The notes under the pieces: model-generated | Database searches by the model: none | What the model saw: the letters and a program-made list of their open reading frames with translations, nothing else | What the model was told of the DNA's origin: nothing | DNA from: Macrostomum lignano | Lineage: Eukaryota | NCBI GenBank assembly: GCA_002269645.1 | Contig: NIVC01002502.1 | Span: 103,126-167,125 of the forward strand | Reading direction: 5' to 3' | Length of the DNA stretch: 64,000 bases | Program-made: the position numbers and the translations under genes | Part shown: positions 37,576 through 50,377 of the stretch, piece after piece | Layout: each line of letters opens with the position of its first letter | Numbering within the stretch: the stretch's first letter is position 1

Positions 37576-39107
37576 CTGCCACAACTCGGCCTAACGAAGT
37601 CGCCTTCTTCAGCTCGATGGGTCGGTGCAACCCCCCCCCCCCAGTCCAGCATGCCGCAGCTGCATGGTGGCCGAAGGGGGGGGTCCTCGAGATCTCCGCG
37701 CTTTCTGTAGGAATTTCGCACCGACGCCGACCGACTTTATTAGCATTTCTCCCATATCACAGTCAGCGCCCTTTTTCGGCTGCAGCTGCCTGCTGATGTG
37801 GCGTTGGAACCCGCGGGATTAATGGCCGAGTCAATAGGAGCTTCAAGCTTCATATCCCTTCTAAGGAGCATTAATTTGCGATCACTTGCAGGGAGACTGA
37901 GTCGATAGTTCATTTTCTTTCAGTCATTTCAGGCTATATAGGCTTTACCAACCTGCAGTCCACTTCCTCGTTAGAGCTACAATCAACATTGATAGAATTG
38001 CAATCAACCTTGATAGAATTGCAATCAAACCCTGATTGTGTCGCAATCAACCTTGATAAAGTTGCAATCAAACCCTGATTGAGTTGCAATCAACCTTGAT
38101 GGAGTTACAATCAACCTTGATGGAGTTGCAATCAACCTTGATAGAACTGCAATCAACCCTTGATAGAGTTGCAACCAAACCCTGATTGTGTTGCAATCAA
38201 CCTTGATAGAGTTGCAATCAAACCCTGATTGTGTTGCAATCAACCTTGATAGAGTTGCAATCAAACCCTGATTGTGTTGCAATCAACCTTGATGGAGTTG
38301 CAATCAACCTTGATGGAGTTGCAACCAACACTGATAGAGTTGCAATCAACCTTGATAGAATTGCAATCAACATTCATTAGTGTTGCAATCAACCTTGATG
38401 GAGTTGCAATCAAACCCTGATTGAGTTGCAATCAACCTTGATAGAATTGCAATCAAACCCTGATTGAGTTGCAATCAACCTTGATAGTGTTGCAATCAAC
38501 CTTGATAGAGTTGCAATCAACCTTGATAGAGTTGCAATCAACCTTGATAGAATTGCAATCAACATTCATTAGAGTTGCAATCAACCTTGATGGAGTTGCA
38601 ATCAACCTTGATGGAGTTGCAACCAACCTTGATGGAGTTGCAACCAACCTTGATGGAGTTGCAACCAACCCTGATTGAGTTGCAATCAACCTTGATAGAA
38701 CTGCAATCAAACCCTGATTGAGTTGCAATCAACCTTGATAGAACTGCAATCAAACCCTGATTGAGTTGCAATCAACCTTGATAGTGTTGCGATCAACCTT
38801 GATAGAATTGCAATCAACCTTGATAGTGTTGCGATCAACCTTGATAGTGTTGCGATCCGCCTTGTTAGAGTTTGAACCTCAAGGACATGCAGTTAAAATC
38901 TGCACAGAATTCATAGTCTTGATGATTCGGCACCAGCCGCACAAATTCTCTTGTCACATCCTTCGCGCAAAATATTTTGACATTTTCAAAAAACCTTTTT
39001 TATAAAAAATGTCAAGCTGACCCGATCCCGCAGTCCTAGTCGCTGTGTTCCCTGCTGAGTCACTGCGTGCCGCATGCTGTGCCTGCTTGAGGTCACCGGC
39101 CCAACCC

Positions 39108-39142
<35 letters not shown>

Positions 39143-39456
39143 GTAGTGTGTGCACATTCCCCCAAGCAGCATCTGTTGTTAGATCCCCATAAATCAAAAT
39201 TATCCAATAGCTCTATAATACGGTGTATATGTAAGCCAGGGACTGCTGCTGACTCCCTGGACTGGAAGCAAAACAAGCTAACAAGCACGAAACGGGCTCC
39301 GGATTTCTTTATTTTTGCACAGCTGAAGAACCGTACCGGTATGAGGGGCGAGTTTATGCCAACATGGAGCAGGGATCATTTGGAGGGCAAGGTTTATCCC
39401 ATGGTCTTTCAGGACAGTGCTACTCTGATGCGACTGACGGGATGCTCAAGCGATAG
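37576..39456 (+). CDS. Three predicted 3' exons of an unidentified plus-strand gene
   Basis: Exons 37576..37620 (ctccctcag|, 45 nt), 39144..39230 ((CT)n-cacag|...|gtaagc, 87 nt) and 39323..39456 (tttttgcacag|...TAG). All junctions are phase 1 and in frame: ...ATTRPNEVAFFSSMVVCAHSPKQH...IRCISEEPYRYEGRVYANMEQ...MLKR*. AATAAA at 39508. The first donor (gtcggt) is weak. Confidence 0.5.
37975..38860. repeat. 21-bp minisatellite (GCAATCAACCTTGATAGAGTT)n
   Basis: Direct reading; each unit has an internal ATCAA-cc-TTGAT inverted repeat. Confidence 0.95.
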
Positions 39457-39622
39457 GAGAAGTGTGTTGCTGTGTTGAGAAGGCTGCCTTTAAGCCCGAT
39501 GATGATGAATAAAGCCAACAATTTGTTTCTACGAGTATAAGGACAAACCAAACCTTTTTACACTCGTTGCCAGTCAGTGGCATTACGATAATTTTTTATG
39601 CCTGACCAAAATATACGATATT

Positions 39623-39798
39623 GAGGTGATTAGAAAGAAGAAATCTGTTGCTTTAACATGAACACAGTTTTTTGCTCCGGGATTAAGTGTCAAAACGTTC
39701 CGGACACCCCCCGCCTCGTAGTGACCTGGTTTGAAGCGTTTCTGCCAAACGCTTCCAGTCCAAGTAGAGTCAATAGTGGTCCTTGACGTCAGCGATAT
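39623..39798. mobile_element. ~170-bp dispersed element, copy 2, with a possible 7-bp TSD
   Basis: Near-identical to 37348-37521; CGATATT lies at 39616-39622 and 39793-39799. Confidence 0.7.
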
Positions 39799-40242
39799 TA
39801 CAGTACAAAAAGAGGAGGACCTCTAATTCCTCAGAAGCCTCGCTTGATAGGGGCTTGCAATCCATATTTATGCATTGCATGTAGGCTTCCATATTGCAGC
39901 CTATAGTGTAAATTCCGCTCCAGTCATAAATTCACATTAGTAGTTAGTCCCACGCCTGCAGAATATCAATTCTTTACTGCACAGCTCAAGCAGTGGCAAA
40001 AGCCATTTCAAGCAAATCGTGCAAAAATCTTAGCCCTATAAAAGCAAAATTATTATTCATAACTTCTTGTACACACCAGTGAATAACAATATTGCATTGC
40101 AAAATAATAAAAATATTTACATTCACCAGCAATAATTTGATTGGCGACAATAAAATGCTGTTTGTGCAGAAACTGGTTGCTGGCTTGGGGCTCTTGAGAG
40201 AAAGAGAAATTTAGGTTTTGGTTATGTCCGACCGCTAGTCCG

Positions 40243-40822
<580 letters not shown>

Positions 40823-41229
40823 CACTGTCCCGTAATACATGAGAGCCCGGTATTCTGTCCAGACGTCTGCAGCTACCTTATGTTATTATTATTATTATTA
40901 TTAGTATAATCTATACAATGCATAAGTAAACTTTGTCATGCGAATCAAGCAGAACGCGGGGGAGAGAGTGAGAGCAGACAGTCGGGGGAGGCTGGCCCGC
41001 CGATTTTGATGTAGAGTACGTAAACAGAAAGTACACTTATAGTCTGGAGGATTCTGGGCGAGAGGGGCAGAGAGAGAGTGGGGATGAGCTGGTTTCAAGG
41101 AGAACCAGAATCCAAACTCTTTCCCAAAATTCCCAATTTTCTGACAACTTCAGGCTGACTGAAGTGCTTCAGTTTACTTAGAAAAGCCAGGTGGAGTTTC
41201 TCTGGGTCATCTTTTATTAAACTTCGATT

Positions 41230-41344
41230 GGCCCTCAAGAGCGTTAATTGTACGAGCAGAGCCGAGTCGAGATTCGAATTCGGCCTAAAATTTATGGGAC
41301 TGCACTTGGAATCGAGCCTGGGCCGCTGGCACATCAGAGCGCAG
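41230..41344 (-). mobile_element. 5'-truncated tRNA-derived SINE, same family as 57248-57410
   Basis: Reverse complement reads ...atgtgccagcggcccaggctcgattccaagtgcagtc...gaatctcg.ct.gg.tctgctcgt.ca.ttaa...ttgaggg, matching the 57.3-kb copy. Confidence 0.8.
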
Positions 41345-41989
41345 TAAGTAAGCTGCAGTCGGCCTACAGTTGTCTGGAAAGATGAGGTTTAGGGAAGTTG
41401 CTACTCCAGGCTCTGGCCCTCGGTGTCCTTGGTTTGCGGTGGGAGCACACAGCGGCCTGTATGTACATCAGCTGAGTTTCCTGTATGCGATACTAAGCCC
41501 AGTCTAGCTGGCCAATATAATTGCTTTTCACCTCGGGGTCCCCCGCAACTCGCACTCAGTCAGCGTGGCTAATATAAAGACAGAAATCCCCTCGAGGTTA
41601 CTTGAGAATTGCATGGGGGATCAGGCTCGATTTGGGAGAAAACGAACGGGGGGCGGGGTTCGCGGGAAGAGGCCAGGGACTTGGCGGTGCTGTTTGCTTT
41701 CCCAGGATTTCGCGTGGTGATTCGAGCGTCGTTTGTAGTATTGGGCATTGATTTCTCGCCGATCGATTTTGCCGTTGGGCCAGGGAGAGGGCGATAGAGG
41801 ATTGTCAACTTGACCGATTCAGTTTGAGCAGCAGCTGAGGCATCTGTCTGCATTGATGGCGCAGTTTCTGGGACCAAATCTGATATCAGATTGAGACATT
41901 CGCCTCAATGTTTGATGGTGAAGTTCTGGATTCTGGTTTGTAGTTTTTGAATTGTGGATTGTGGGTTGGGGTTTGTAGATTTTTTGACA

Positions 41990-42575
41990 TGACTCTCCAC
42001 TGGACCTGACTCTCTCTTACTAGATCTGACTCTCTCCACTGGACCTGACTCTCTCCACTGGACCTGACTCTTTCTTACTGGACCTGATTCTCTCCACTGG
42101 ACCTGACTCTCTCTTACTGGACCTGACTCTCTCCACTGGACCTGACTCTTTCTTACTGGACCTGATTCTCTCCACTGGACCTGACTCTCTCCACTGGACC
42201 TGACTCTCTCTTACTGGACCTGAGTCTCTCCACTGGACCTGACTCTCCCCACTGGACCAGACTCTCTCCACTGGACCTGACTCTCTCTTACTGGACCTGA
42301 CTCTCTCCACTGGACCTGACTTTTTCTTACTGGACCTGACTCTCTCCACTGGACCTGACTCTCTCTTACTGGACCTGACTTTCTCTTACTAGACCTGACT
42401 CTCTCCTATTAGATCTGGACTCTCCTTTTAGAACTGACTCTCCTATTAGACCTGACTCTCTCCTATTAGACCTGACTCTCTCCTATTAGACCTGACTCTC
42501 TCCTATTAGACCTGACTCTCTCCTATTAGACCTGACTCTCTCCTTTTAGACCTGACTCTTCTATTGAACCTGGCT
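41990..42575. repeat. 19-21-bp minisatellite (CTGGACCTGACTCTCTCCA / ...CTTA)n
   Basis: Direct reading. Confidence 0.95.
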
Positions 42576-44163
42576 CTCTCCTCCCTCATTAACGCCGCTG
42601 TCGTTTCCTTCATCAATTCGTTTCTATTCGGTTCTCATTCAATCAATTGCTTTCATCAGCAAGCAATCCAGCACAGAATCGAAAAGCTATAAAGAATTTT
42701 TGACTTTAGCAGCAATTTTGCGTTTCTATCTGGCCCATAAATTTCTAGAAATAAAATCCAGCAATCAGATGCAATCAACTCGAGTGTCCCCAACTGTGCA
42801 TGCCAGTTACGTAACCGGTTGGCCAATATATAATAACGCAAAGTTGCCGAAGAAACAGTCGCAGATATATAAATAGCCATTTATCTTGAACCTTCTCCCA
42901 CGTGGCCCGTGGCTGCACAAACATTTATTTTCATATCGCGCTTGATTTTCCGGCCTCAACTCGAGAACAGGGCCTGACTTTGAGAACAAATATTGCTGGG
43001 GCTTTGTGACTAAATGAGCCACGCGACTCACGCTGCTTGACTCAGCAGGGTGTGCAATCAGAGCTGTCTAAGATCTGATATGACTAGAGGCAAAAGAAGA
43101 CTGATGACATTATTATAGTAATTTATTCTGGCAGTTGGCCAAAAAACTCGGCCCAGTACTGTAGTTCGCACTCTCCCTTTCCTATTAGAAATTCAAGTCT
43201 TATGTGTCTGCACTTGACTGTTGAGTCGTGGTCCGTACTCACCGTATTAGAAAATAACAGTCCCTAATTCCTATAATAGTTTGGGCATTAAATTTGTGTG
43301 TGTATGTGCTTTATCCAGGGCTTGCAACGGGCAATGCACGTGCCCTGCAATGCTAAAAGCCACAATATCTCTTCCCCTTAACCTCTCCTCCGCTCCACTT
43401 GGTGTTGTATACTGCTTGCTAATATTATGTGAGGCGCTGGTCTCGGTGGGCTTCAAGGGGTTAGGAACCCGGGGGGGTTGGGGCCTGAGAGGGAAAGAGA
43501 ATATATTCCGAGTGCAAAGGAATGGAATGTCGCCTCCTTCCCGCATATTATTGTGCACTTTTAATGCTCTCCCTCGCCTCGCTTGGCTGTTTTTGGAATT
43601 CTAGTCCATACAGGCCTCGGGGGTTAAGCCGTGTGACCGCCGGCCGCCCCTCAACCCTGGAAAAGCAGCAAAGTCCGCACCAAAAAACGTGTAGGGAGCG
43701 AGTGCAGTTTGTGGCAAACTTTTACAAATGACTTTCTCCCTAATCTTCGTTTTTTTCGCGGTGCAGTTGTCTCTTCTCTGGTCTAATTCGGCTAACCGGT
43801 TGAACAGTGTGCTTTGCACAATGCGACATCACTTAACGCAACTAACGCACAAGGTATAATTTTATGGAACAAACGCTTTAATCAATGACAATGTTACTTC
43901 CGTGATGGGCACAATACTGACACACAGGTCACCTAATTGAATGTCTTGGAAACAATTAAGTAAATTTATGTTTTTCATGAATTATTGATTGATTCAAAGT
44001 TTAAAAAATATAAACTATTCAATGCCTTATACTGAAGCAAAAACCGTCGGTTGAAACTTAACTTAAGTAACCTGTTAAACTTAGTTAGTGATTGTAATAG
44101 TTGGCGTTCTGTTATTTAAACAAAATGTTGCGTTTGACAATTGACAAGATATACTACAAAATC

Positions 44164-44564
44164 GACGTATGAAACATTGGCCGACACTTATTCAGACACT
44201 TCTACAGACACTTTAGTTTCTGTCGTACGAATCGTAGGAACAAGCATTAAATTTGTTTATTCCTTACAAACTACCAGTAAACTGCTTTATTTTAAGCTTT
44301 TTTTGCATTATTTTATTAAGTATGAATTAGGAAGTGTCCTGGACAAATTTAACATTCTTCTTCACGTGAAGAGAATCTATGCAGAATAACAAATTTCATG
44401 ATTCATATTTAATAAAATAAAGCAAAAAAAGCTTAAAATAAAGCAGTTTACTGGTAGTTTGTAAGGAATAAACAAATTTAATGCTTGTTCCTACGATTCG
44501 TACGACAGAAACTAAAGTGTCTGTAGAAGTGTCTGAATAAGTGTCGGCCAATGTTTCATACGTC
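44164..44564. repeat. Foldback: 164-bp inverted arms with a 73-bp spacer
   Basis: 44164-44327 is the reverse complement of 44401-44564, with two mismatches seen. Confidence 0.93.
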
Positions 44565-45329
44565 AAAAACGGCAATCTTACAATCGCTTCCTTTATACTT
44601 CTTACACAGCAGTTTAAATAAAAATAAAAAACCAATTTATGGCAACATGTGCTAGTTTACATGCGCATGTGAAGAATATAGGAGTCTCTAGCACGAATGT
44701 AAAATGTATATTTATTTATACGATCGGATACAAATTTACTTGCTTACGCATAATAATAATCGTGAAATTTACGGGTTTAATCGCAAAGAAAAAAATAAAA
44801 TTAATAATGATACTTTGCAAGAATCTGTGAGTAAATTTTCAGTTGTTTAAATCTGTGGGCTGGAACAATTCAAGTTCCCTTTAAACAGCATTTTCAGATG
44901 ATGAAACAGTACTGCGACGCAGTTTTAACAGATGAGCCCAAAAGCTGCAGATAAGCAAAATGTTTTTGAATTTTCAATTCAGACTCGAATAAAAAGGAAC
45001 AATGACTGTAAATAACCGATGCTTACATATGAATGCTTTTTGGAACTGAAAAATCTATAATATACCGATATACATGTATAGAATACAATACACACATGCA
45101 GTATGGCATTGAGAAGTACAATAATTAAATGTAACTGGGTTACATTGATGAAATGACCGAATTTATAGATTACGTAAACTTATTCAAATTGCACATTTAA
45201 AATATTAGATTATGTACTTAAAAAAACGCGAAAATCAAAAAATGAAAGCTGTCACAATACTAACTGATCAGTATCAGCAAATGAATGACAATAAACTTGA
45301 CTTTTATTGCCTAAGCTAATAATATACCT

Positions 45330-46108
45330 TTTGATGAAAACTGCAACCAATTTGGCCACGGCTCAGCCTGACCATAGACATAGAATTTTCCATAGACAGC
45401 CACCGCCAGCGGCAACCAATTTGGCAAAAACTGCGAGCCATTTTGCCAGCTTGAAGATAGCAGCTGCTCTGATGGCGAATCGTGGGCCGTACCAAAAGAT
45501 AAGTCAGCTGGATCGAGAGCGAATCGTGAGAGCGTACAGGAGTGGCGACGACTGGGGAGAGCTTGGCAGAATGATGGGGATGAAGAAACCGACAGTGAGG
45601 AACATCGTGACCACGTATGAACGAACTGGTAGAGTTGGCACTCTGCCAAAAGGAGGAGTGAAGAGGATGGCGCTGACGGAGGCTATGGTGGACACCATTG
45701 TTCAATTCGTCGAAGGTCAACCTACTGCGACGCTGCAACAAATGAGAGAGCACCTGCTGCACCAACACAATGACGTTGCCAACGTGAGTCTGACCACTAT
45801 GAGTCTGAGTCTGAGTCTGAGCAAGCACTGAACTGCATCATGCCTCTCAAGTGCCTGCGCTGGATCAACCATTCCCAGACGTACTTCAATCGGTGCTTGA
45901 ATGCTGAGGACATAATGTTCTGACTTCGTGCATGTATTGTTAACATTCTTTATCGTTATTGTTATGCTATTGAGCTGCTATCTTCAAGCTGGCAAAACAG
46001 CTCGCAGTTTTCACCAAATTGGTTGCCGCCAGCGGTGGCTGTCTATGGAAAATTGCTGCGGCTGCGTCAGGCTGAGCCGTGGCCAAATTGGTTGCAGTTT
46101 TTATCAAA
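45330..46108 (+). mobile_element. Young non-autonomous Tc1/IS630-family element (~780 bp) with IR/DR-type TIRs and an N-terminal transposase ORF
   Basis: ~140-bp TIRs (45330-45465 vs 45972-46108), each with two GCAACCAATTTGGC repeats. ORF 45472..45831: MANRGPYQKISQLDRERIVRAYRSGDDWGELGRMMGMKKPTVRNIVTTYERTGRV...GG...LTEAMVDTIVQFVEGQPTATLQQMREHL (two HTH modules). No DDE domain. Confidence 0.88.
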
Positions 46109-46465
46109 TAGAACGTAAAAAGGAATATTAGTCCCTTTTCGCTTTTTAAATTAATTTTCCGTTTGTTTCTGCAACAGCTTTAATCCGCTCCATACTGCAC
46201 ATCACCTGGTACTGCCCAATGAAATGCGGTACACGTGCCGCACTTGTTTCTAGGAACGCAGATGTGACTCAAGAAATGATAGCCCGACCTTACCAAGTAA
46301 GCAACAAGGATATGATTAAAGCGATCGCGAAGCACGGAAAAACGAGTGTAGAAGGGGAGCAGTTTGAGATGGTGCGGCAACGGGACAGAATCGACCGGGA
46401 GTTTTTCGCGTTAAGTGCCGAGTGTCGGGATGGACAATGGGGCCAGGCGATCCGACCCCGAAGGG

Positions 46466-47164
46466 TCACATAAGGTCGCAGCAGGCCCGACCGACTCCCT
46501 TGGCTTGGACAGGACCAGCTGCCTCCTTTGTCGGCGCTTTTGTTTTCGGCGATGCTGACCCATTCGGAGCCTCCTGTTGGCGATTCGCTGCCGACGGAGG
46601 GGCGGACGAGGCGGCGGCTGGGGCGGACGTTGAAGCGACCAGCAGCTCCTCTGGCTCGTCGTCCGGCCCAGAGGAATCAGCAGCGTCGTCTGCAATGATG
46701 GCAGCCACCGCCATCGACGGCGTCAGCAGTCCGACCGTGTCTTCGCGGAGTGTCGCCTCCAATGTAGCCGTCGTAGGATCTGCTGTCGCCTCTGTTGATG
46801 CTGCTTCCGTTTTCTGTTCAGCTTCGTGCTCTGGTTTTTGCTCGGAATCGGTTTCCAACTGCGCCAGGTGAACAGAGTTCCGGGATATGCGCGAATTTCT
46901 TAACAAACTGTCCGCCTGGCGGTCCAGGTCGCTGCCAGGTCGAAAAGGATTCTCCCTGTCTTTCCACGGCTCCTCGACGATCCCATCATCTTCGTTCTCG
47001 TTCTCGTCGTGGCTGGTCGGCGACGGAGCGATTCGAACGTGATGATTTGACGCCGAGTTGCTGTCTTGGTTGAGCCGCTTCTTTCGCAGGATCGGATGCG
47101 GCTGCTGCGTAGGCTCCAGCGGCTGTGGCTGCTGCTGCTGTTCCACACCCGGCGCTTCGTCCAT
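46466..47164 (-). CDS. Acidic low-complexity protein (232 aa) with an ENPFRPGSDLDRQAD motif and C-terminal CCDLM
   Basis: Single GC-rich ORF from ATG to TAA. One conserved-looking block (WKDRENPFRPGSDLDRQADSLL) and a CaaX-like end. Confidence 0.75.
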   Translation of the reverse strand: MDEAPGVEQQQQPQPLEPTQQPHPILRKKRLNQDSNSASNHHVRIAPSPTSHDENENEDDGIVEEPWKDRENPFRPGSDLDRQADSLLRNSRISRNSVHLAQLETDSEQKPEHEAEQKTEAASTEATADPTTATLEATLREDTVGLLTPSMAVAAIIADDAADSSGPDDEPEELLVASTSAPAAASSAPPSAANRQQEAPNGSASPKTKAPTKEAAGPVQAKGVGRACCDLM

Positions 47165-48577
47165 TCACTTTTCTTAGTCCGGCTGAGGTTCAGAGCGCTA
47201 AAAGCAGTCGTCGACGACTGCGCCTTTGTTTTGTTTTCGTAGCAACAGAATTAGTGTTGTTCTTTCCCTGCGCTGCTGCCCGCGGGAGTCCCGATCCGGA
47301 GGGGCTTCGCGAATCGGCAGGGCAGTCACCGCTGGCGGCAGTGAATAAAAACAGAAAAAAAGACAGAGCCTGATTGCTTGTCTTGCCTTCGATCTTTTTT
47401 TTAGTTGGACTAGTCTTTCCTCCGCGTCTTGCTGGCACACTCGAGCTCTCTGTGTCTCTCAGCTGTCTCCGTCCCCGGCAACTCGCTGGCTATAGACTGG
47501 CTTATTTCAGCTGTCCCAAGTGGACGATTCCAGCGACAAGAGGTGCCGGCAATAACTGCTGCAGCATTTGCGACCGAGGTGCCGAGAGAGAGCGAGGGAG
47601 AGCTCGGTTCCCTCTCCGTCTCTATCTGAACTGGTTTGTGCCTTGCTCAGGTAAGCTGTCGAATGCGCGACAAGAAACTGCGATGCAGATCTCAGCAATG
47701 CGGGATATCGAATCAAAAGCAGGGGAAGCGACAAAACAGAGACTGGGAGTATCGATTTCCAGCTACTTATTTCGTCGCGTGCACAAGCGTCACTGGCTTT
47801 TGTTGGGTGCTTGTCGGCCCCGATTGCTTTTTTGCTCGAGTTCTCCAATCAGGGGTTGAGACAGGGTTTTTCTCTGGACAAGGTAGAGTTGAGTTTCCCT
47901 CTCTCTCTCTGCTCCGCACACTAGTGTTGAGAAGAGTGCACGGTGGTGAGCAAGCGGCAGGGGCGGGGGTTGCCGCTTTGCTGCAGTGTCCGATTGGCCT
48001 CTCTGGTTATGCGCCGGTGGGAGGCTCTGAGAGACCCGGGCTTCTTCAAAGTCGACTTTACACTTTACAACACTACAGTAGGTATGTAGTTGATTGCTGC
48101 TGGGCGCAGTGTGGGAAGAATAGAGGGCGGGGTAGGGGAGTTTTTAAGCGAATGAAGGGCCAGAAAATAGGATGGCGAGGGTGGCTGGCCTGGTAAGCAT
48201 GCATTCACTCGGTCCGGACGGATTGGGTGGGGCTGGGGGGAAGGGATCGCTGGCTATACGGACAGATCCCAGGCTACCCGCGTCTCCTGTCCCTCCCCAT
48301 CCCCTGCCCCGCCGCCTCTCAAAGCCCGCCGTCGCGGACCCCCTGCAGACAGGACGAAAATAGAGCAACTGCCTCCCCCCCCCGGGTGCGGCAAGCGAGG
48401 CTCGGGGAGACGAAGGACAGGGGGCAGGGCTGCTGGCCTTCCTTCTCTGCTGCTACAGATCCCAAACCCTGCCAACGCACTTTGACAGTCCAGCAGCAAG
48501 AAAGCCAATCAGGATTAGGAAGGAAAGCTGAATAATGCGAATATGCTTGAGTTCCATCCAGTTCCCCAAATCCACTA

Positions 48578-49088
<511 letters not shown>

Positions 49089-49320
49089 TGTCTGTCTGTC
49101 TGTCTGTCATCATTAACTTGAAATTTCACTCATGATGCCGCACACACATCAAATGTTATCTAATTGTCTCTCGCTAGTTTCACAGCGTTGTCACAGCGGT
49201 GAATCGTTTGCAAGTAAGCTCGTACTTACAAATACAAATGACTACCAGGTATTCTCGTCTCTCGCCTCTTTCCTGAGTGACAACTCGCCCTTTGTTCACC
49301 ATCTACTCGAACAAGTAATC

Positions 49321-49803
49321 AGCTAATCTGCTTTCAGGTGAGCACACAATGACTAGCTAATCTGCTTTCAACTGAGCACACAATGACTAGCTAATCTGCT
49401 TTCAGGTGAGCACACAATGACTAGCTAATCTGCTTTCAGGTGAGCACACAATGACTAGCTAATCTGCTTTCAGGTGAGCACACAATGACTAGCTAATCTG
49501 CTTTCAGGTGAGCACACAATGACTAGCTAATCTGCTTTCAGGTGAGCACACAATGACTAGCTAATCTGCTTTCAGGTGAGCACACAATGACTAGCTAATC
49601 TGCTTTCAGGTGAGCACACAATGACTAGCTAATCTGCTTTCAGGTGAGCACACAATGACTAGCTAATCTGCTTTCAGGTGAGCACACAATGACTAGCTAA
49701 TCTGCTTTCAACTGAGCACACAATGACTAGCTAATCTGCTTTCAACTGAGCACACAATGACTAGCTAATCTGCTTTCAGGTGAGCACACAATGACTAGCT
49801 AAT
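49321..49803 (+). repeat. 34-bp tandem repeat (AGCTAATCTGCTTTCAGGTGAGCACACAATGACT)x14
   Basis: 14 copies; 11 carry TTTCAG|GTGAG and 3 carry TTTCAACTGAG. Confidence 0.96.
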
Positions 49804-50377
49804 CTCTGTTTCTGTCTCCGAGCAGACAGACTGCCACAAGGAAGGATAAGACTGGATAGTTGGGTTGAACACGTTTCATCATGGCGACGCCTCAGCTCGA
49901 TTCCTTCCGTACTCGCTTCCCTAACCACCGCCCCTCATCCAGTAGGCAGATTGCAGAGCTCACATTCCTCTCTCCCTTCCCAGCGCCCGGGCATCGCAAA
50001 GGCCTGAGGACTCAGCGTTGAGACACGCGCAGTTGCAAAGAATTTAGCGGACTAAAAGTCTCAGAACTTTCCAAATCCTGAAAGGTATTTATATATATAT
50101 ATTTGAGATTAAAAAACTGCGATCCAGAAATATTTTCTTTTTCAAATCAAGTTGGTCTCATATAAATTTGCATTTGGCATTTATTAATTCGGTAGACTTT
50201 AAAACAATTGAAAATTTTTAATTGGAATTTTGTCTTGAAATGATATTCTTATACTCGTAATGCTATTCAGGTCTGGTTGCAGTAATTGTTTAGAGACTCC
50301 TAATTTTCCATTGCTGTATTCGCTACTCATAGTAGACTATCAAAGGTGGCATTTATTTGCAGTTTTTTTTAATATTG

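Noticed and set aside
37348-39798. LTR retrotransposon interpretation of the 170-bp direct repeats
   Set aside because: No TG..CA termini, PBS, PPT or gag/pol; the interior is satellite and host-like exons.
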